This document shows positions 9,765-18,951 of a stretch of DNA of 35,319 bases, one piece after another. The DNA comes from a virus. A program made the translations under genes and the position numbers. The DNA lies in the IMG/VR virus record IMGVR_UViG_3300011339_000243; one strand, written 5' to 3'. Positions within the stretch are counted from its first letter, which is position 1. Every line of letters begins with the position of its first letter. A model generated the notes under the pieces. That model searched no databases and was not told where the DNA came from. It was given only the letters and a program-made list of their open reading frames with translations.

Positions 9765-10096
9765 GTTCTTGTCAACCCTTGTTCTTCAAATGTTGCTATA
9801 AAACTGAATGTGCTTGCAGACTCAGTAGTTATTTTAATTTTATCGCCTTCTTCTAAAACAATGTAAGCAGCACCATCAAATTGCAAATAGCTTTTTGACG
9901 TAAAGTTGTATTGAGTCAATATATCAAGCGTAGAGTTGGCACTTGCGTCAAACCATTGAACAGTAATGTGCTTGGTAGAACCGCCTGTATTGTGAATATA
10001 CATTACAGTAAATTTAGAGTAATAGCCAGTAGGACAGGTATAGACTGTAGTGTCTACTGCCGCTGTAGGACTAACACCAACTGATAATGCTCTCAT
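9761..10096 (-). CDS. Small beta-rich structural-module protein (111 aa)
   Basis: ORF coupled by 4-nt overlaps on both sides. No motif recognised. Confidence 0.6.
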   Translation of the reverse strand: MRALSVGVSPTAAVDTTVYTCPTGYYSKFTVMYIHNTGGSTKHITVQWFDASANSTLDILTQYNFTSKSYLQFDGAAYIVLEEGDKIKITTESASTFSFIATFEEQGLTRT

Positions 10097-10395
10097 TTTG
10101 CTTTTGCCTTATTCCTTGCGGATATAGCTTTAGCTTTTATCTTTGCGTCTGCCTTGGAGGAAGCCCCCCATGCCTTCAACGAAAGAAGCAATCTTGTTGG
10201 TTCACCATCCTTGTACTCAGCACCGCTGTTACCAGCCATACGAGCCAAGAAACTTGCCCTGCGAGGGTTATCCCCCGACTTTACTGGAGGTTTCAAGTTA
10301 CCACCAGTTTCCGCATTATAAGATGATCTACCCTTGGCATTCAAGCCGCCTTTTGGATTTTGACCAGCTTTTGTTTGCCAAGTGGGTGTTTTCAT
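10093..10395 (-). CDS. Small very basic protein (100 aa)
   Basis: ORF MKTPTWQTKAGQNPKGGLNAKGR...KADAKIKAKAISARNKAKAK. Its ATG directly follows the stop of the 55-aa ORF. Confidence 0.65.
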   Translation of the reverse strand: MKTPTWQTKAGQNPKGGLNAKGRSSYNAETGGNLKPPVKSGDNPRRASFLARMAGNSGAEYKDGEPTRLLLSLKAWGASSKADAKIKAKAISARNKAKAK

Positions 10396-10563
10396 CTATT
10401 TCATCTTCTTCTTAGGTTTAGTCATTCCTGCTTCAGACAATGCAATTGCAACTGCTTGCTTCTGAGACTTTACAACCTTACCCATCTTAGAGCCAGAGTG
10501 CAATTCACCCTTGCCATACTCAGTCATAACCTTACTAATCTTTTTTTGGGCTTTAGTTTTCAT
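10396..10563 (-). CDS. Small basic protein (55 aa), absent from the ORF track (<60 aa)
   Basis: Hand translation gives MKTKAQKKISKVMTEYGKGELHSGSKMGKVVKSQKQAVAIALSEAGMTKPKKKMK. It exactly fills the gap between neighbours (TAATG overlap upstream, stop adjacent to the next ATG). The KQA[IV]AIALSEAG motif recalls a small conserved bacterial/phage family. Confidence 0.6.
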   Translation of the reverse strand: MKTKAQKKISKVMTEYGKGELHSGSKMGKVVKSQKQAVAIALSEAGMTKPKKKMK

Positions 10564-10715
10564 TACTTACCTCGACTAGATTTCTTCATCATGTTAGTAG
10601 CAGTCCGACCACCACGAGTAGGCATACCCTTTGGTTTGCCAACTGCAACCATGATTGCAATAGGAATACCCTTTTTAGGGGCGTTAGCAGGAGTTTTGGA
10701 TTTAGCTGTCTTCAT
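10563..10715 (-). CDS. Small very basic protein (50 aa from the internal ATG at 10715)
   Basis: MKTAKSKTPANAPKKGIPIAIMVAVGKPKGMPTRGGRTATNMMKKSSRGK. The ATG at 10715 lies 1 nt after the stop of the upstream 138-aa gene. The longer 70-aa version would overlap that gene. Confidence 0.5.
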   Translation of the reverse strand: MKTAKSKTPANAPKKGIPIAIMVAVGKPKGMPTRGGRTATNMMKKSSRGK

Positions 10716-10716
10716 A

Positions 10717-11133
10717 TCAGTCCTTTTTGATTGAACCACCAGATTTCCAAGCATCACAAGTGCGTAGTGCTGCACAAGTGAAGTGAAACAATTCGCAGAA
10801 TCCTAGATCAGCAGCTTCAATAAACTGTTCATCATAGTCAAGCTCATTAGGTGAGCTTTTGCCCTTTTCCAATCCATCTTTGATGCACTGCATCATTGTT
10901 GGTGTCTGGATAAATGCCGCACAATTACCGCAACGCATGGTTTTGACAACATCAGTGGGTGCGTTGTACATCTTGGCTTTCTTCAGCCAAAACGCTTCAT
11001 TGGGTTCAAGTGGATTTGGCGCACCATAGCCAAAGTTCTTGAAAGCATTGTTGCGATTCTTTAGGTTAAGAGTCACATCCTGAGTAGGAAGTGGACAAAC
11101 CTTGCCTGATAAGAGTCCCTCTTTCATTTCCAC
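10717..11133 (-). CDS. Cys-containing hypothetical protein (138 aa)
   Basis: ORF with cysteines spaced as CGNC...C...C...C...C. It overlaps the upstream gene by 10 nt. No family recognised with certainty. Confidence 0.6.
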   Translation of the reverse strand: MEMKEGLLSGKVCPLPTQDVTLNLKNRNNAFKNFGYGAPNPLEPNEAFWLKKAKMYNAPTDVVKTMRCGNCAAFIQTPTMMQCIKDGLEKGKSSPNELDYDEQFIEAADLGFCELFHFTCAALRTCDAWKSGGSIKKD

Positions 11134-11327
11134 AGCTTATCAGCAATAAAAGTAATGACCCCGCCCATGATTGAAGCAATAGTCATCCCCATCCAAAAGC
11201 CACCTTTGCCTTTGTTTGCTAGTTCAAGCAAGGCTTTTACATCGGTACTCAATTGAGTTACCTGACCTTGCAGAGTCTCTACTTGAGCCTCTAGCCGACC
11301 AAAATCACGAGCATCTATCTCAGACAT
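11124..11327 (-). CDS. Small coiled-coil protein with C-terminal TM segment (67 aa)
   Basis: LEAQVETLQGQVTQLSTDVKALLELA followed by the hydrophobic stretch FWMGMTIASIMGGVITFIA. Confidence 0.55.
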   Translation of the reverse strand: MSEIDARDFGRLEAQVETLQGQVTQLSTDVKALLELANKGKGGFWMGMTIASIMGGVITFIADKLWK

Positions 11328-11532
11328 TTGCTACCTTTCGGGGTCTTCCCATACGCTTAAATGTTGGAATTACAGGCGCACGAAATGCGGTATCTGTCCT
11401 AGTCTCTGATTCTGTGGTTACTTCTGGCTCGTCTATCCTTACATATCCTTGATGACCCTTCATGGAGTCAATATCATGCTGATATGTAAAAGTTACAGTG
11501 TTACCTGATTGAAGACAGCGAAAAGTAGCCAT
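11320..11532 (-). CDS. Hypothetical protein (70 aa) with basic GRPRK C-terminus
   Basis: First ORF after the intrinsic terminator. It overlaps the next gene by 8 nt. Confidence 0.55.
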   Translation of the reverse strand: MATFRCLQSGNTVTFTYQHDIDSMKGHQGYVRIDEPEVTTESETRTDTAFRAPVIPTFKRMGRPRKVANV

Positions 11533-11540
11533 AAAACCCT

Positions 11541-11569
11541 TAAATTAGAAAGGGGGGACTAGCCCCCCT
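11541..11569 (-). terminator. Intrinsic terminator / attenuator after the decoration gene
   Basis: On the minus strand: AGGGGGG-CTAGT-CCCCCCT (7-bp GC stem) followed by TTTCTAATTTA, immediately after the stop at 11574. Confidence 0.7.
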
Positions 11570-11573
11570 GTCT

Positions 11574-11897
11574 TTACACAGTGCGAACAACCACACATTT
11601 AACTGTTGTGGATGCTAAATCCAATGTACCGCCTGACTCGTTTTGAAAACGAATAGACACCACATTAGCTGCTGAAACGTAAGGAGTGATAGAGATGCCT
11701 GAAACATCTACGCCCAAACTTACATTCATTACAATATCGCCCAATTTAACTCCGGGAACGGCTATTGTGTTTGTCTCTCCGACACCATCTCCAAGAGATG
11801 ATGCGTCCAAAGTCGCTGTAACTGACCAAGTATCAGAGAATAAGCCCCGAAATTGATCTGTGCCACGACGACTTGTTACTGCTGTTGCTGCTGCCAT
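11574..11897 (-). CDS. Putative capsid decoration/cement protein (107 aa)
   Basis: Small beta-rich ORF directly downstream of the major capsid gene and bracketed by two GC hairpins. The MCP + cement-protein synteny is known from epsilon15/BPP-1-type podoviruses. Confidence 0.55.
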   Translation of the reverse strand: MAAATAVTSRRGTDQFRGLFSDTWSVTATLDASSLGDGVGETNTIAVPGVKLGDIVMNVSLGVDVSGISITPYVSAANVVSIRFQNESGGTLDLASTTVKCVVVRTV

Positions 11898-11920
11898 TCT
11901 TGTTTCTCCTAATTAGGTTT

Positions 11921-11950
11921 AAAAAGCCCCCCTACCACTAGGGCAGGGGG
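11921..11950 (-). terminator. GC-rich hairpin plus U-run after the major capsid gene (attenuator/terminator)
   Basis: On the minus strand: CCCCCTGCCCTA-GTGG-TAGGGGGG then CTTTTT, located between the MCP stop (11963) and the next ATG (11897). Confidence 0.6.
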
Positions 11951-11962
11951 AAACAACTGCAA

Positions 11963-12916
11963 TTAGGCAGGAACTAAGAGAGCGAACATTGATGCAGATT
12001 TAGCTGCACTAACGCTTGCGGCGGCACGGAGAATCTGAACACCATAAAGAGTGTCAGAAGTGAACAGAGTAGCCAAATACTCTTGTTTGTACTGGATTTG
12101 TGAACGAACAGCAACTTGCTCAACCAGCACCATTGAATCACGGTGACCCATCAAACAAACTCGTGCAGCACCAGTTCCTGATGCAGTGTCGCAGTTAGAA
12201 GACACAAACACAGGGATGCCGTACAGGTTACCGATCTCACCAGTGCGGATAGTACTGTTAGTACCACCAACAAAGGCTTGTTCAGTGTAACGAGCCAGAC
12301 CCATCAAAGTATTGCGACTTGACGGGGGGATGATGAAGAAACGCTGATCCATTGGGGTATCAGTGTCATCAAGACGCTGAATAGTGCGGCGAATAGCGGC
12401 ATCAGTCAATGCTGACTCATTGTTGCTTGCGGCAACATAAGCAGTAGTACCGTCACCACCAATGAATGCACCAGTTGCGTAAGCATTTGTACCAGCACCG
12501 CCATTGGTTGAACGACCCAACTGAATCAAGTCAGTATCGACTTGTTTAGCCAGAGCATAACCAGCGTCAGAGGTATAAAAGTTACGCAAGCTGTTCAGGG
12601 CTTGGGCTTCGACAATATCTTCAATCAAACGTGAATATTCATAATGTTTGTTGATAGATACGTTAACTTCAGACTCTGTAGCAGCAATCAAAGTGACTGC
12701 TGTTTCAGCGGCTTTTGCAGAAGCAGAACCACGGGTAGGTGCAGGAATGTGAACGGTGTCACCTTTCTTGCCCTTGAAGTTCATCTTCATAACCAAGTTC
12801 GCAAGAACCAAGTTTTTCTTATAGGCAGCTACGATTTCATCTGACCAAATTTCAGGAATGAACTTGTCTGCTGTAGTTGTGGTAACTGAACCACTGGGGG
12901 AAAATGCTGTTGCCAT
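11963..12916 (-). CDS. Major capsid protein (HK97-fold type, 317 aa)
   Basis: N-terminal ...ADKFIPEIWSDEIVAAYKKNLVLANLV... is a signature I associate with phage major capsid proteins. Size, position after the scaffold gene and the downstream terminator agree. Confidence 0.8.
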   Translation of the reverse strand: MATAFSPSGSVTTTTADKFIPEIWSDEIVAAYKKNLVLANLVMKMNFKGKKGDTVHIPAPTRGSASAKAAETAVTLIAATESEVNVSINKHYEYSRLIEDIVEAQALNSLRNFYTSDAGYALAKQVDTDLIQLGRSTNGGAGTNAYATGAFIGGDGTTAYVAASNNESALTDAAIRRTIQRLDDTDTPMDQRFFIIPPSSRNTLMGLARYTEQAFVGGTNSTIRTGEIGNLYGIPVFVSSNCDTASGTGAARVCLMGHRDSMVLVEQVAVRSQIQYKQEYLATLFTSDTLYGVQILRAAASVSAAKSASMFALLVPA

Positions 12917-12946
12917 GTTAAATCTCCAAAAAAACGATTAGTTAAA

Positions 12947-13702
12947 TTATCTAACCCTACCGTCTTGATACGCTTGCATGATTTCTCCGCTTAACGCTTC
13001 ATAACGATCTGGGTCACTCATTTTCAGCCGAATTAGATCAGCCCTACGATAGACTCTTTTTCCAGACTCCCCACTTCCACCTACATCAACACCCGCTGCC
13101 TTAAGACTAGACTTGCGCTGAGTTTCCCCTGCATCTGTAGTCTGTCTTGTCTTAACGCCACGCAACTGTTTATAGGTACTCAACAATTCGTTTGCACTAT
13201 CGTAATCATATTCACCATCAGCTTTTGCATACAAACCAAGGCGAACAGGTGAAGATTTCACCCAATTCACAAAGTCTGCATCTTGAGCAATCTGACCAAA
13301 ATCAGGATGCTCTTGCGCCAGCTTTTGTTGAATCTGCATCTTTTTGAAATCTTGACCAGCTTGTCTAGCGGCAAGTACATCGGGATGGTTATCAACAGTC
13401 CTGCGAACTGCCTCTTGTGGATTCTCGAAAAAATCTACTTCAAGCTCTTTCTCAATAGGTTGCTGTTTAGAGGAGAGGTTTTGCTTGATAAGTTCATCTG
13501 CCAGCTTTCGCACTTCCCCAACTTCCTGCGCTTGCTTTCCAATCAGCTTCTCAGCTTCTTGGTGCATTTTGACCACTTCTTCTAAAGATTTCTGCCTGTA
13601 TTTCTCAGGCATCTCAGAAAGTGGCGCTACTTCAGGTAGTTGCTTCTTTTGCTCAACTGCATCTAACTCACTTAGCGACTCATCTTCATTGTCAATCAAC
13701 AT
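12947..13702 (-). CDS. Scaffolding protein (251 aa)
   Basis: Highly charged, helix-prone (E/K/Q-rich) ORF immediately upstream of the major capsid gene. Confidence 0.65.
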   Translation of the reverse strand: MLIDNEDESLSELDAVEQKKQLPEVAPLSEMPEKYRQKSLEEVVKMHQEAEKLIGKQAQEVGEVRKLADELIKQNLSSKQQPIEKELEVDFFENPQEAVRRTVDNHPDVLAARQAGQDFKKMQIQQKLAQEHPDFGQIAQDADFVNWVKSSPVRLGLYAKADGEYDYDSANELLSTYKQLRGVKTRQTTDAGETQRKSSLKAAGVDVGGSGESGKRVYRRADLIRLKMSDPDRYEALSGEIMQAYQDGRVR

Positions 13703-13759
13703 ATTTTTACCTTTTTCCTGCCGTTATCGGTTCTAGGACATTCAACTCGACATTTCTGT

Positions 13760-13987
13760 TTATGAGTTGTGCTTTTGCTCCCACTTCAACTGATCTAGGT
13801 GTTTTTTCTCGAACTTCCCATGCTCTGATGGGAAAGAACCAGACCACCCTTCTAGTTTGAAGTTTGGAGCAGATAGAGTACGGTTGGCTGTTTCTCCGCA
13901 CTCACATCGAAAACTCATCAACTCATAATTGACAAGTCTTTCAGTTTTATGCCCATTTTCACAGGCAAAATCAAACATTCTTTTCAT
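13760..13987 (-). CDS. Small zinc-ribbon protein (75 aa)
   Basis: Cys/His pairs: FACENGH...FRCECGE. Preferred over the overlapping 13707..13901 ORF because it shows gene-like coupling (a 17-nt overlap) with the upstream ORF 13971..14213. Confidence 0.55.
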   Translation of the reverse strand: MKRMFDFACENGHKTERLVNYELMSFRCECGETANRTLSAPNFKLEGWSGSFPSEHGKFEKKHLDQLKWEQKHNS

Positions 13988-14213
13988 TCAATTCCTCGTA
14001 GGCTCGTTCGCTGACCTCTTTCAAGGTTTTCAGCCAAGTCAAGATGGAAAGTTCCCCTTTTTTGAACATCAAGGTCTTTTCATCAGGAATAACGCTTATA
14101 TTATTGAGTGACTCTATCATATTGTCAATATCAATAGTTAATTCTTTCCAACCATCCATTGACATCATGGAAAAACGGTCTTCGTAGTACTTTTGTAGTT
14201 CTGGGGTCACCAA
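13971..14213 (-). CDS. Hypothetical protein (80 aa)
   Basis: ORF with short overlaps to both neighbours. No motif recognised. Confidence 0.55.
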   Translation of the reverse strand: MVTPELQKYYEDRFSMMSMDGWKELTIDIDNMIESLNNISVIPDEKTLMFKKGELSILTWLKTLKEVSERAYEELNEKNV

Positions 14214-14494
14214 GGCACTCCTACGGCAGTTGTTGGTGCTTTCTTTGCGGCAATCTGTGCAACAAGAACCGCCTCAATAGCATCAGCATCCAACTTGTCT
14301 TTGACCCAATCAATCACTTGAGCTTCAGTCAATGAGGCATAAGCCGTAAAAGATGTACCACGCTCAAAGCCTACTGTGCCATAAGTGCCAGCAGAATAGT
14401 CACCGTCCACAGCGTCTACACGCCAGTGGGCAGTGGTTACCAAGCCATCAGAGGTTTGGCGGTCAAGTTGTGCAATTGTCCAAGTGGTGGTCAT
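14207..14494 (-). CDS. Hypothetical protein (95 aa)
   Basis: ORF ATGA-coupled to the tail-fibre gene stop. No motif recognised. Confidence 0.6.
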   Translation of the reverse strand: MTTTWTIAQLDRQTSDGLVTTAHWRVDAVDGDYSAGTYGTVGFERGTSFTAYASLTEAQVIDWVKDKLDADAIEAVLVAQIAAKKAPTTAVGVPW

Positions 14495-16896
14495 TTGTTC
14501 TCCAATGCTGTGATTCGTGCTGTCAAAGCTGTGATGAGGGCTTGTTGTTCTTGGATTGCGGCGGTCAATGTGGCAACCAAAAATGAAACATCAATACCTT
14601 GATAGACAGGATTTCCATCCGCATCTACTGCATCTTTTTTACCTGTTACCGCATGAGGGCAGACTTCTGCAAGCTCATGGGCAATAAATCCCTCGCCAAC
14701 TTCATCATCAATATTCCATTTATAAGTTACAGGTTTGAGTGCTTGTACCTTAGCCAATGCGCCTGTCATTGGCGCAATTGTGTTTTTTAACCGATAGTCT
14801 GAAGATGTGTTGTATGCAGTTGAACTGGTTGCGTTTGAGATAGAACCAATGGTTGTTCCAAGTCTTTGGAATAAAACAGTTGTCCATGAACCAGCACCAG
14901 ATGTTTCATTAAATGAGGCGGCTTGGTTTGTAGAGCCAACAAAAGCAACACCAAACTTACCTTGAGCAATTTGTGATGTTGCGTTCACCAGCAAGTTACC
15001 GCTAGTATCAATACGCATACGTTCTGTTGTTGCGGCATTTCTAAATACAATTGAATCCGAATCTAAATAACTGGCAGATGTTCCGCTGAACCCAATAATT
15101 AACTGAGCAACACTTCCAGAAATAACATTTAATTTTCCACTTGGCGAACTCGTACCAATCCCCACATTCTGACTTGAGTCTATGTAAACAGCATTTGTGC
15201 CGTTGGTAGACAAGCCAAGCGCATTTGCCGCAGGAAGATATAAACCGTTACCAGTGACAGATGTGCCTGTAGGAATCAACTTAGTTGCGGTTGCAGTACC
15301 TGTCGTAGCAAAGTTAGTACCGTCAAATGTAATTGCAGAACCAGAAGTAAGAGACTTACTACCATTCAGATACGTCACTCCATTTGCAGTACCCGCAGAC
15401 AGCACAGGATTGGCTGTAAGGGTTGCAACGCCTGTCAGGGTGGTAGTTCCAGTTACCCCCAAGGTGGTGGACGCTGTAACTGAAGTAAACGCACCCGCTG
15501 CTGGTGTTGTTGCGCCAACTGTTCCATTGATATTAATGGATGCAGTACCTGTTAAGTTAGTTACTGTTCCGCTTGATGGAGTACCTAAAGCACCACCTTG
15601 AACAACAATGATTGAACTTGCATCAGGTAATGTGTAGGTTCTTTCTGCTGTAGTTGCGCCAGTAAACTTAGTAAACCCATTACCAGTACCACCATAGGTA
15701 GAAGCAATGATTTGAGTTAATGCAGCAGACCCATCAAAATTATTCCCATAAATTGCTCTTGGCGTTGTCAGTGTTGCCGCAGAACCTGTTGTACTTTGAT
15801 TCAGTGTAGGAATATCAGCAGCAACAATTGCTCTAAATGTCGGTACACCAGCAGACCCATTAGGTGCGGCTAAAACATAATTTGCAGTCTTAGAAGCATA
15901 AGGGTTTTGAGTGTCACCATAACTTGCTGCCAACGATATAGCAGGAGTAGCACCGCCACTAGATACAACTGGTGAAGTTCCAGTAACAGAAGTAACTGTT
16001 CCGCTACCAGTGGCAGCAATACTAATTGAACCTCCACCATTTGTAATTGATATTCCTGATCCAGCAGTTAATGTAGTCTTAGTAAGCGTATTGCCTGTTG
16101 TGTTTCCAATAAGCAACTGTCCATCTGTATAAGATGTTTGACCTGTACCACCATTAGCAACAGGTAAAGCCGTACCTGACAAGCTAATTGCCAATGTTCC
16201 TGTTGTTGTAACTGGTGAACCCGTAATAGACAAGAATGCAGGGACTGTTGCCGCCACACTTGTGACCGTACCTGTTCCTGCGCTTACGTTGACGGTAACA
16301 TCATCCCCTGAGTTTGTAGCAGTAACAGTAGCACCAACAAAGTTGATGGTCTTAACTCCCGTAGAGATTGAAGTTCCCTCATCCTTGATGCCTACCGCCC
16401 CATTGGTAGACATAGTGTTAATAACTTTGATCTTCTCTGCAATGTCAGCGGATACAACCTCACCAACATTCAATTCTCTGCCATCAGACAAAGTAATAAC
16501 TAAAGAACCATCAAAGTCAATCTGTGCGTTAACTACTGATATTCCATCTACACCGTCTACGCCATCACGACCAGCTTGACCGTCAACACCTCTGTCACCC
16601 TTTGCGCCATCTCTGCCTGATTTTCCATCTTTGCCATCTCGACCATCCTTGCCGTTAGTACCATCACGACCATCTTGGATAGACAAAACACGTTTTTCAA
16701 TGGAGTTGCCAACTGCATCAAAGCGGTCACGAATGTCTGACTCAATCTTCTTTAGGGCTTGGACAACAAGGTCAACATTCTCGCCAATCTTCTTCTTTTG
16801 TATCTCTTTGCTTTCAGCAATTGACTTTTGTATAGACTCAAGAACAGCTAACTTCTCGTTATCTGTCATCTGGTCAAGGTTTGGCAATAAACTCAT
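14491..16896 (-). CDS. Tail fibre/spike with collagen-like repeats and C-terminal intramolecular-chaperone (peptidase S74-type) domain (801 aa)
   Basis: G-X-Y run GRDGTNGKDGRDGKDGKSGRDGAKGDRGVDGQAGRDGVDGVDG (nt ~16543-16677) and a long T/S/G-rich shaft. The C-terminus SSDYRLKNTIAPM...VTYKWN...GFIAHELAEVCP...QGIDVSFLV... plus a coiled coil matches the S74 chaperone domain pattern. Confidence 0.85.
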   Translation of the reverse strand: MSLLPNLDQMTDNEKLAVLESIQKSIAESKEIQKKKIGENVDLVVQALKKIESDIRDRFDAVGNSIEKRVLSIQDGRDGTNGKDGRDGKDGKSGRDGAKGDRGVDGQAGRDGVDGVDGISVVNAQIDFDGSLVITLSDGRELNVGEVVSADIAEKIKVINTMSTNGAVGIKDEGTSISTGVKTINFVGATVTATNSGDDVTVNVSAGTGTVTSVAATVPAFLSITGSPVTTTGTLAISLSGTALPVANGGTGQTSYTDGQLLIGNTTGNTLTKTTLTAGSGISITNGGGSISIAATGSGTVTSVTGTSPVVSSGGATPAISLAASYGDTQNPYASKTANYVLAAPNGSAGVPTFRAIVAADIPTLNQSTTGSAATLTTPRAIYGNNFDGSAALTQIIASTYGGTGNGFTKFTGATTAERTYTLPDASSIIVVQGGALGTPSSGTVTNLTGTASININGTVGATTPAAGAFTSVTASTTLGVTGTTTLTGVATLTANPVLSAGTANGVTYLNGSKSLTSGSAITFDGTNFATTGTATATKLIPTGTSVTGNGLYLPAANALGLSTNGTNAVYIDSSQNVGIGTSSPSGKLNVISGSVAQLIIGFSGTSASYLDSDSIVFRNAATTERMRIDTSGNLLVNATSQIAQGKFGVAFVGSTNQAASFNETSGAGSWTTVLFQRLGTTIGSISNATSSTAYNTSSDYRLKNTIAPMTGALAKVQALKPVTYKWNIDDEVGEGFIAHELAEVCPHAVTGKKDAVDADGNPVYQGIDVSFLVATLTAAIQEQQALITALTARITALENK

Positions 16897-18947
16897 TTCA
16901 ATGCTCCAGACAATTGGTCTAGAAAATCGTTCTCAACTGAACGTAGATTCTCTTGTTTGTTTGCCATCTGCAATTCAACAATCTTAGATTTATTCTTTAT
17001 ATCAGCTTCTTTCAACATCAATTCAGCAATCTTAACCCTCTTATCAAACTCTTTCGAGGCTTGGTCATCCTGATTTGGCAAATTCTTAGTCATTGCCGCC
17101 ATGTTTTTAGTCTGAACTTCTTGGGGCATCAACTGCGCTTCAACCATCAATTTCTGTGCTTCAGCCCTATTTTGCTCTGCTTGAGTGGTGTTTACCGCAA
17201 TTTGCGCCTGTGCTGATTGCATAGCCAACTGTTGTTGTGCTTGTTGCATCTGTTGTGCTTGTGGATCAGGTTGCATCATCTCATCTAACTTAGCCATCAA
17301 CTCCATGCGGTTAGACAAACTGCTGTTTCCAACAATTCCTTTAAGCAAAATAGGCAGAACAGGAGTATTTGCACCCAAAGTCTGCAACAAACCAATAAAT
17401 TGTTGCTGTTCATACTCTCTGGCAATGATGCCAAGGGTTGCAGTAGGGATGAAGTTCATGTCAACAGAGGGATAACGCTCTGGATCAAACTGCATGAACC
17501 TGAAAGCAGCCTTCTTAATGAATGGAATCAGGAAATCTTCTTGGAAATTTACCAATGTTCGCTTGTATTTCTTGATGATGGATGCAACCGCCATCGACAT
17601 ACCGCCACCATCACGACTAGCTTGGCTAATCATGCCATTGGAGTCTAGAGTTCCTGTAGCTTGTAGCAACATTCGCTCAAAGTCTTTGGCAGTTGCAAGG
17701 TTGTTTGGGTCAGTCTGTCCAAACTTGAATGGATACAAAATCTCGCTAGGCGCACCATTGACTAGAATAGCTTTTCCGGGCTTTACCTCAAACTTCATAC
17801 CACGAGGCAAGCGTGTGGCATCCATTGCCATCATGGGAGAGGTACTCAGTGCCAGTGAATCCAAGTGGCTGCGAGTCTGAGCATCAATAGCCTTTTGCAT
17901 ATTGAATGCTTTTTCCACCGTACCACGACCTAGCAACCTGTTTGGCACAGTATCGTCTTGATAAGACAGAACTGGCCTGTCTTTCATCATGTATGGATTT
18001 TCTTCAGCCTTTAAGAGCATTCCATCATTGGCAATCACGACAATGGCTTCAACCAAATCGGTATAGTCTTCTGCCGCTGAATTCTCAGGGAACAACTCAA
18101 CAATATCCTTGTTTTCTTTCATATTGTTAAGGTACTCACGGGGAACTAACCCGTAGTAGGTCAACAAAAGAACCTTCTCATCTTGATATTGCGAGACTTC
18201 TTGGGTTGGCTCAAGGTCAGTATCTTCACCCGAAGTGCCAATATCTACTTTACGGTAGATACCACTTTCAATGCCCTGCACAACCTTATGAATTGAAACG
18301 TATTTCTCAATAGCTACACCCATACAGTCATCAATGCTTGTACCGTTAGGGTCAAACAAAAAGTTCTTGGGGTTGACAGGCATGATCTTGACAGAAATTC
18401 TGTCTTTTTCCATCACGCCAATAGCTGCCTGACCCTGCTGATTAGGAATAGGACGAGTTGAGGGAACATACTCTTTTTCAGTCTTGACAACAATTTCACC
18501 TATGCCTGTGCCATAGATTTCAGCCATCAATTCGATCTGGTCGATAGCTTTTCTGATTTTGTCTTTCTTGAAATCCTCAGTGAGTTGATTCTTAATCATC
18601 TCAACATCAATAGGATTGCCGTTTACATCTTGGATATTGTCTTCAATGTCAAAGAAGTCACCCTGACCAAAGATAGCTTCCATGATCTCAGCGTGACGAG
18701 TCTCGACTGCTTGTTGAGTAGCAGGAGTTACGATTCGGCTGCGTTCTGACTCACGGGTTTTGTCTTCAGATGCCCACTGACCACGGAAGATACGCTCGTA
18801 TTCCAGCCAATCAGGGAGGAAGTTGGTATCTCTGTAGTCACGCCACTTTGTGCAATGGTCAGTAACAAAAGCAGTCAGTTCTTTATCAGCCTCAGTAGGC
18901 TCATAAAACTCATTTTGTTCAAGTTTGACTTGTTTATCTGTTGCCAT
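16893..18947 (-). CDS. Portal protein (684 aa)
   Basis: Size, position just downstream of the terminase region, and a Gln-rich helical C-terminal extension (QAQQMQQAQQQLAMQSAQAQ...) reminiscent of P22-type portal barrels. Confidence 0.75.
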   Translation of the reverse strand: MATDKQVKLEQNEFYEPTEADKELTAFVTDHCTKWRDYRDTNFLPDWLEYERIFRGQWASEDKTRESERSRIVTPATQQAVETRHAEIMEAIFGQGDFFDIEDNIQDVNGNPIDVEMIKNQLTEDFKKDKIRKAIDQIELMAEIYGTGIGEIVVKTEKEYVPSTRPIPNQQGQAAIGVMEKDRISVKIMPVNPKNFLFDPNGTSIDDCMGVAIEKYVSIHKVVQGIESGIYRKVDIGTSGEDTDLEPTQEVSQYQDEKVLLLTYYGLVPREYLNNMKENKDIVELFPENSAAEDYTDLVEAIVVIANDGMLLKAEENPYMMKDRPVLSYQDDTVPNRLLGRGTVEKAFNMQKAIDAQTRSHLDSLALSTSPMMAMDATRLPRGMKFEVKPGKAILVNGAPSEILYPFKFGQTDPNNLATAKDFERMLLQATGTLDSNGMISQASRDGGGMSMAVASIIKKYKRTLVNFQEDFLIPFIKKAAFRFMQFDPERYPSVDMNFIPTATLGIIAREYEQQQFIGLLQTLGANTPVLPILLKGIVGNSSLSNRMELMAKLDEMMQPDPQAQQMQQAQQQLAMQSAQAQIAVNTTQAEQNRAEAQKLMVEAQLMPQEVQTKNMAAMTKNLPNQDDQASKEFDKRVKIAELMLKEADIKNKSKIVELQMANKQENLRSVENDFLDQLSGALK

Positions 18948-18951
18948 AGTG

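Noticed and set aside
13707-13901. 64-aa ORF overlapping the zinc-ribbon ORF
   Set aside because: It is the same strand in a different frame from 13760..13987, which has Cys/His metal-binding pairs and gene-like coupling (a 17-nt overlap) with the upstream ORF.
15197-17880. Plus-strand ORFs antisense to the fibre and portal genes (15197..15601, 16262..16579, 16631..16987, 17494..17880 and similar)
   Set aside because: They are shadow ORFs on the opposite strand of long, well-supported genes. Their low-complexity translations mirror the sense-strand codon bias.
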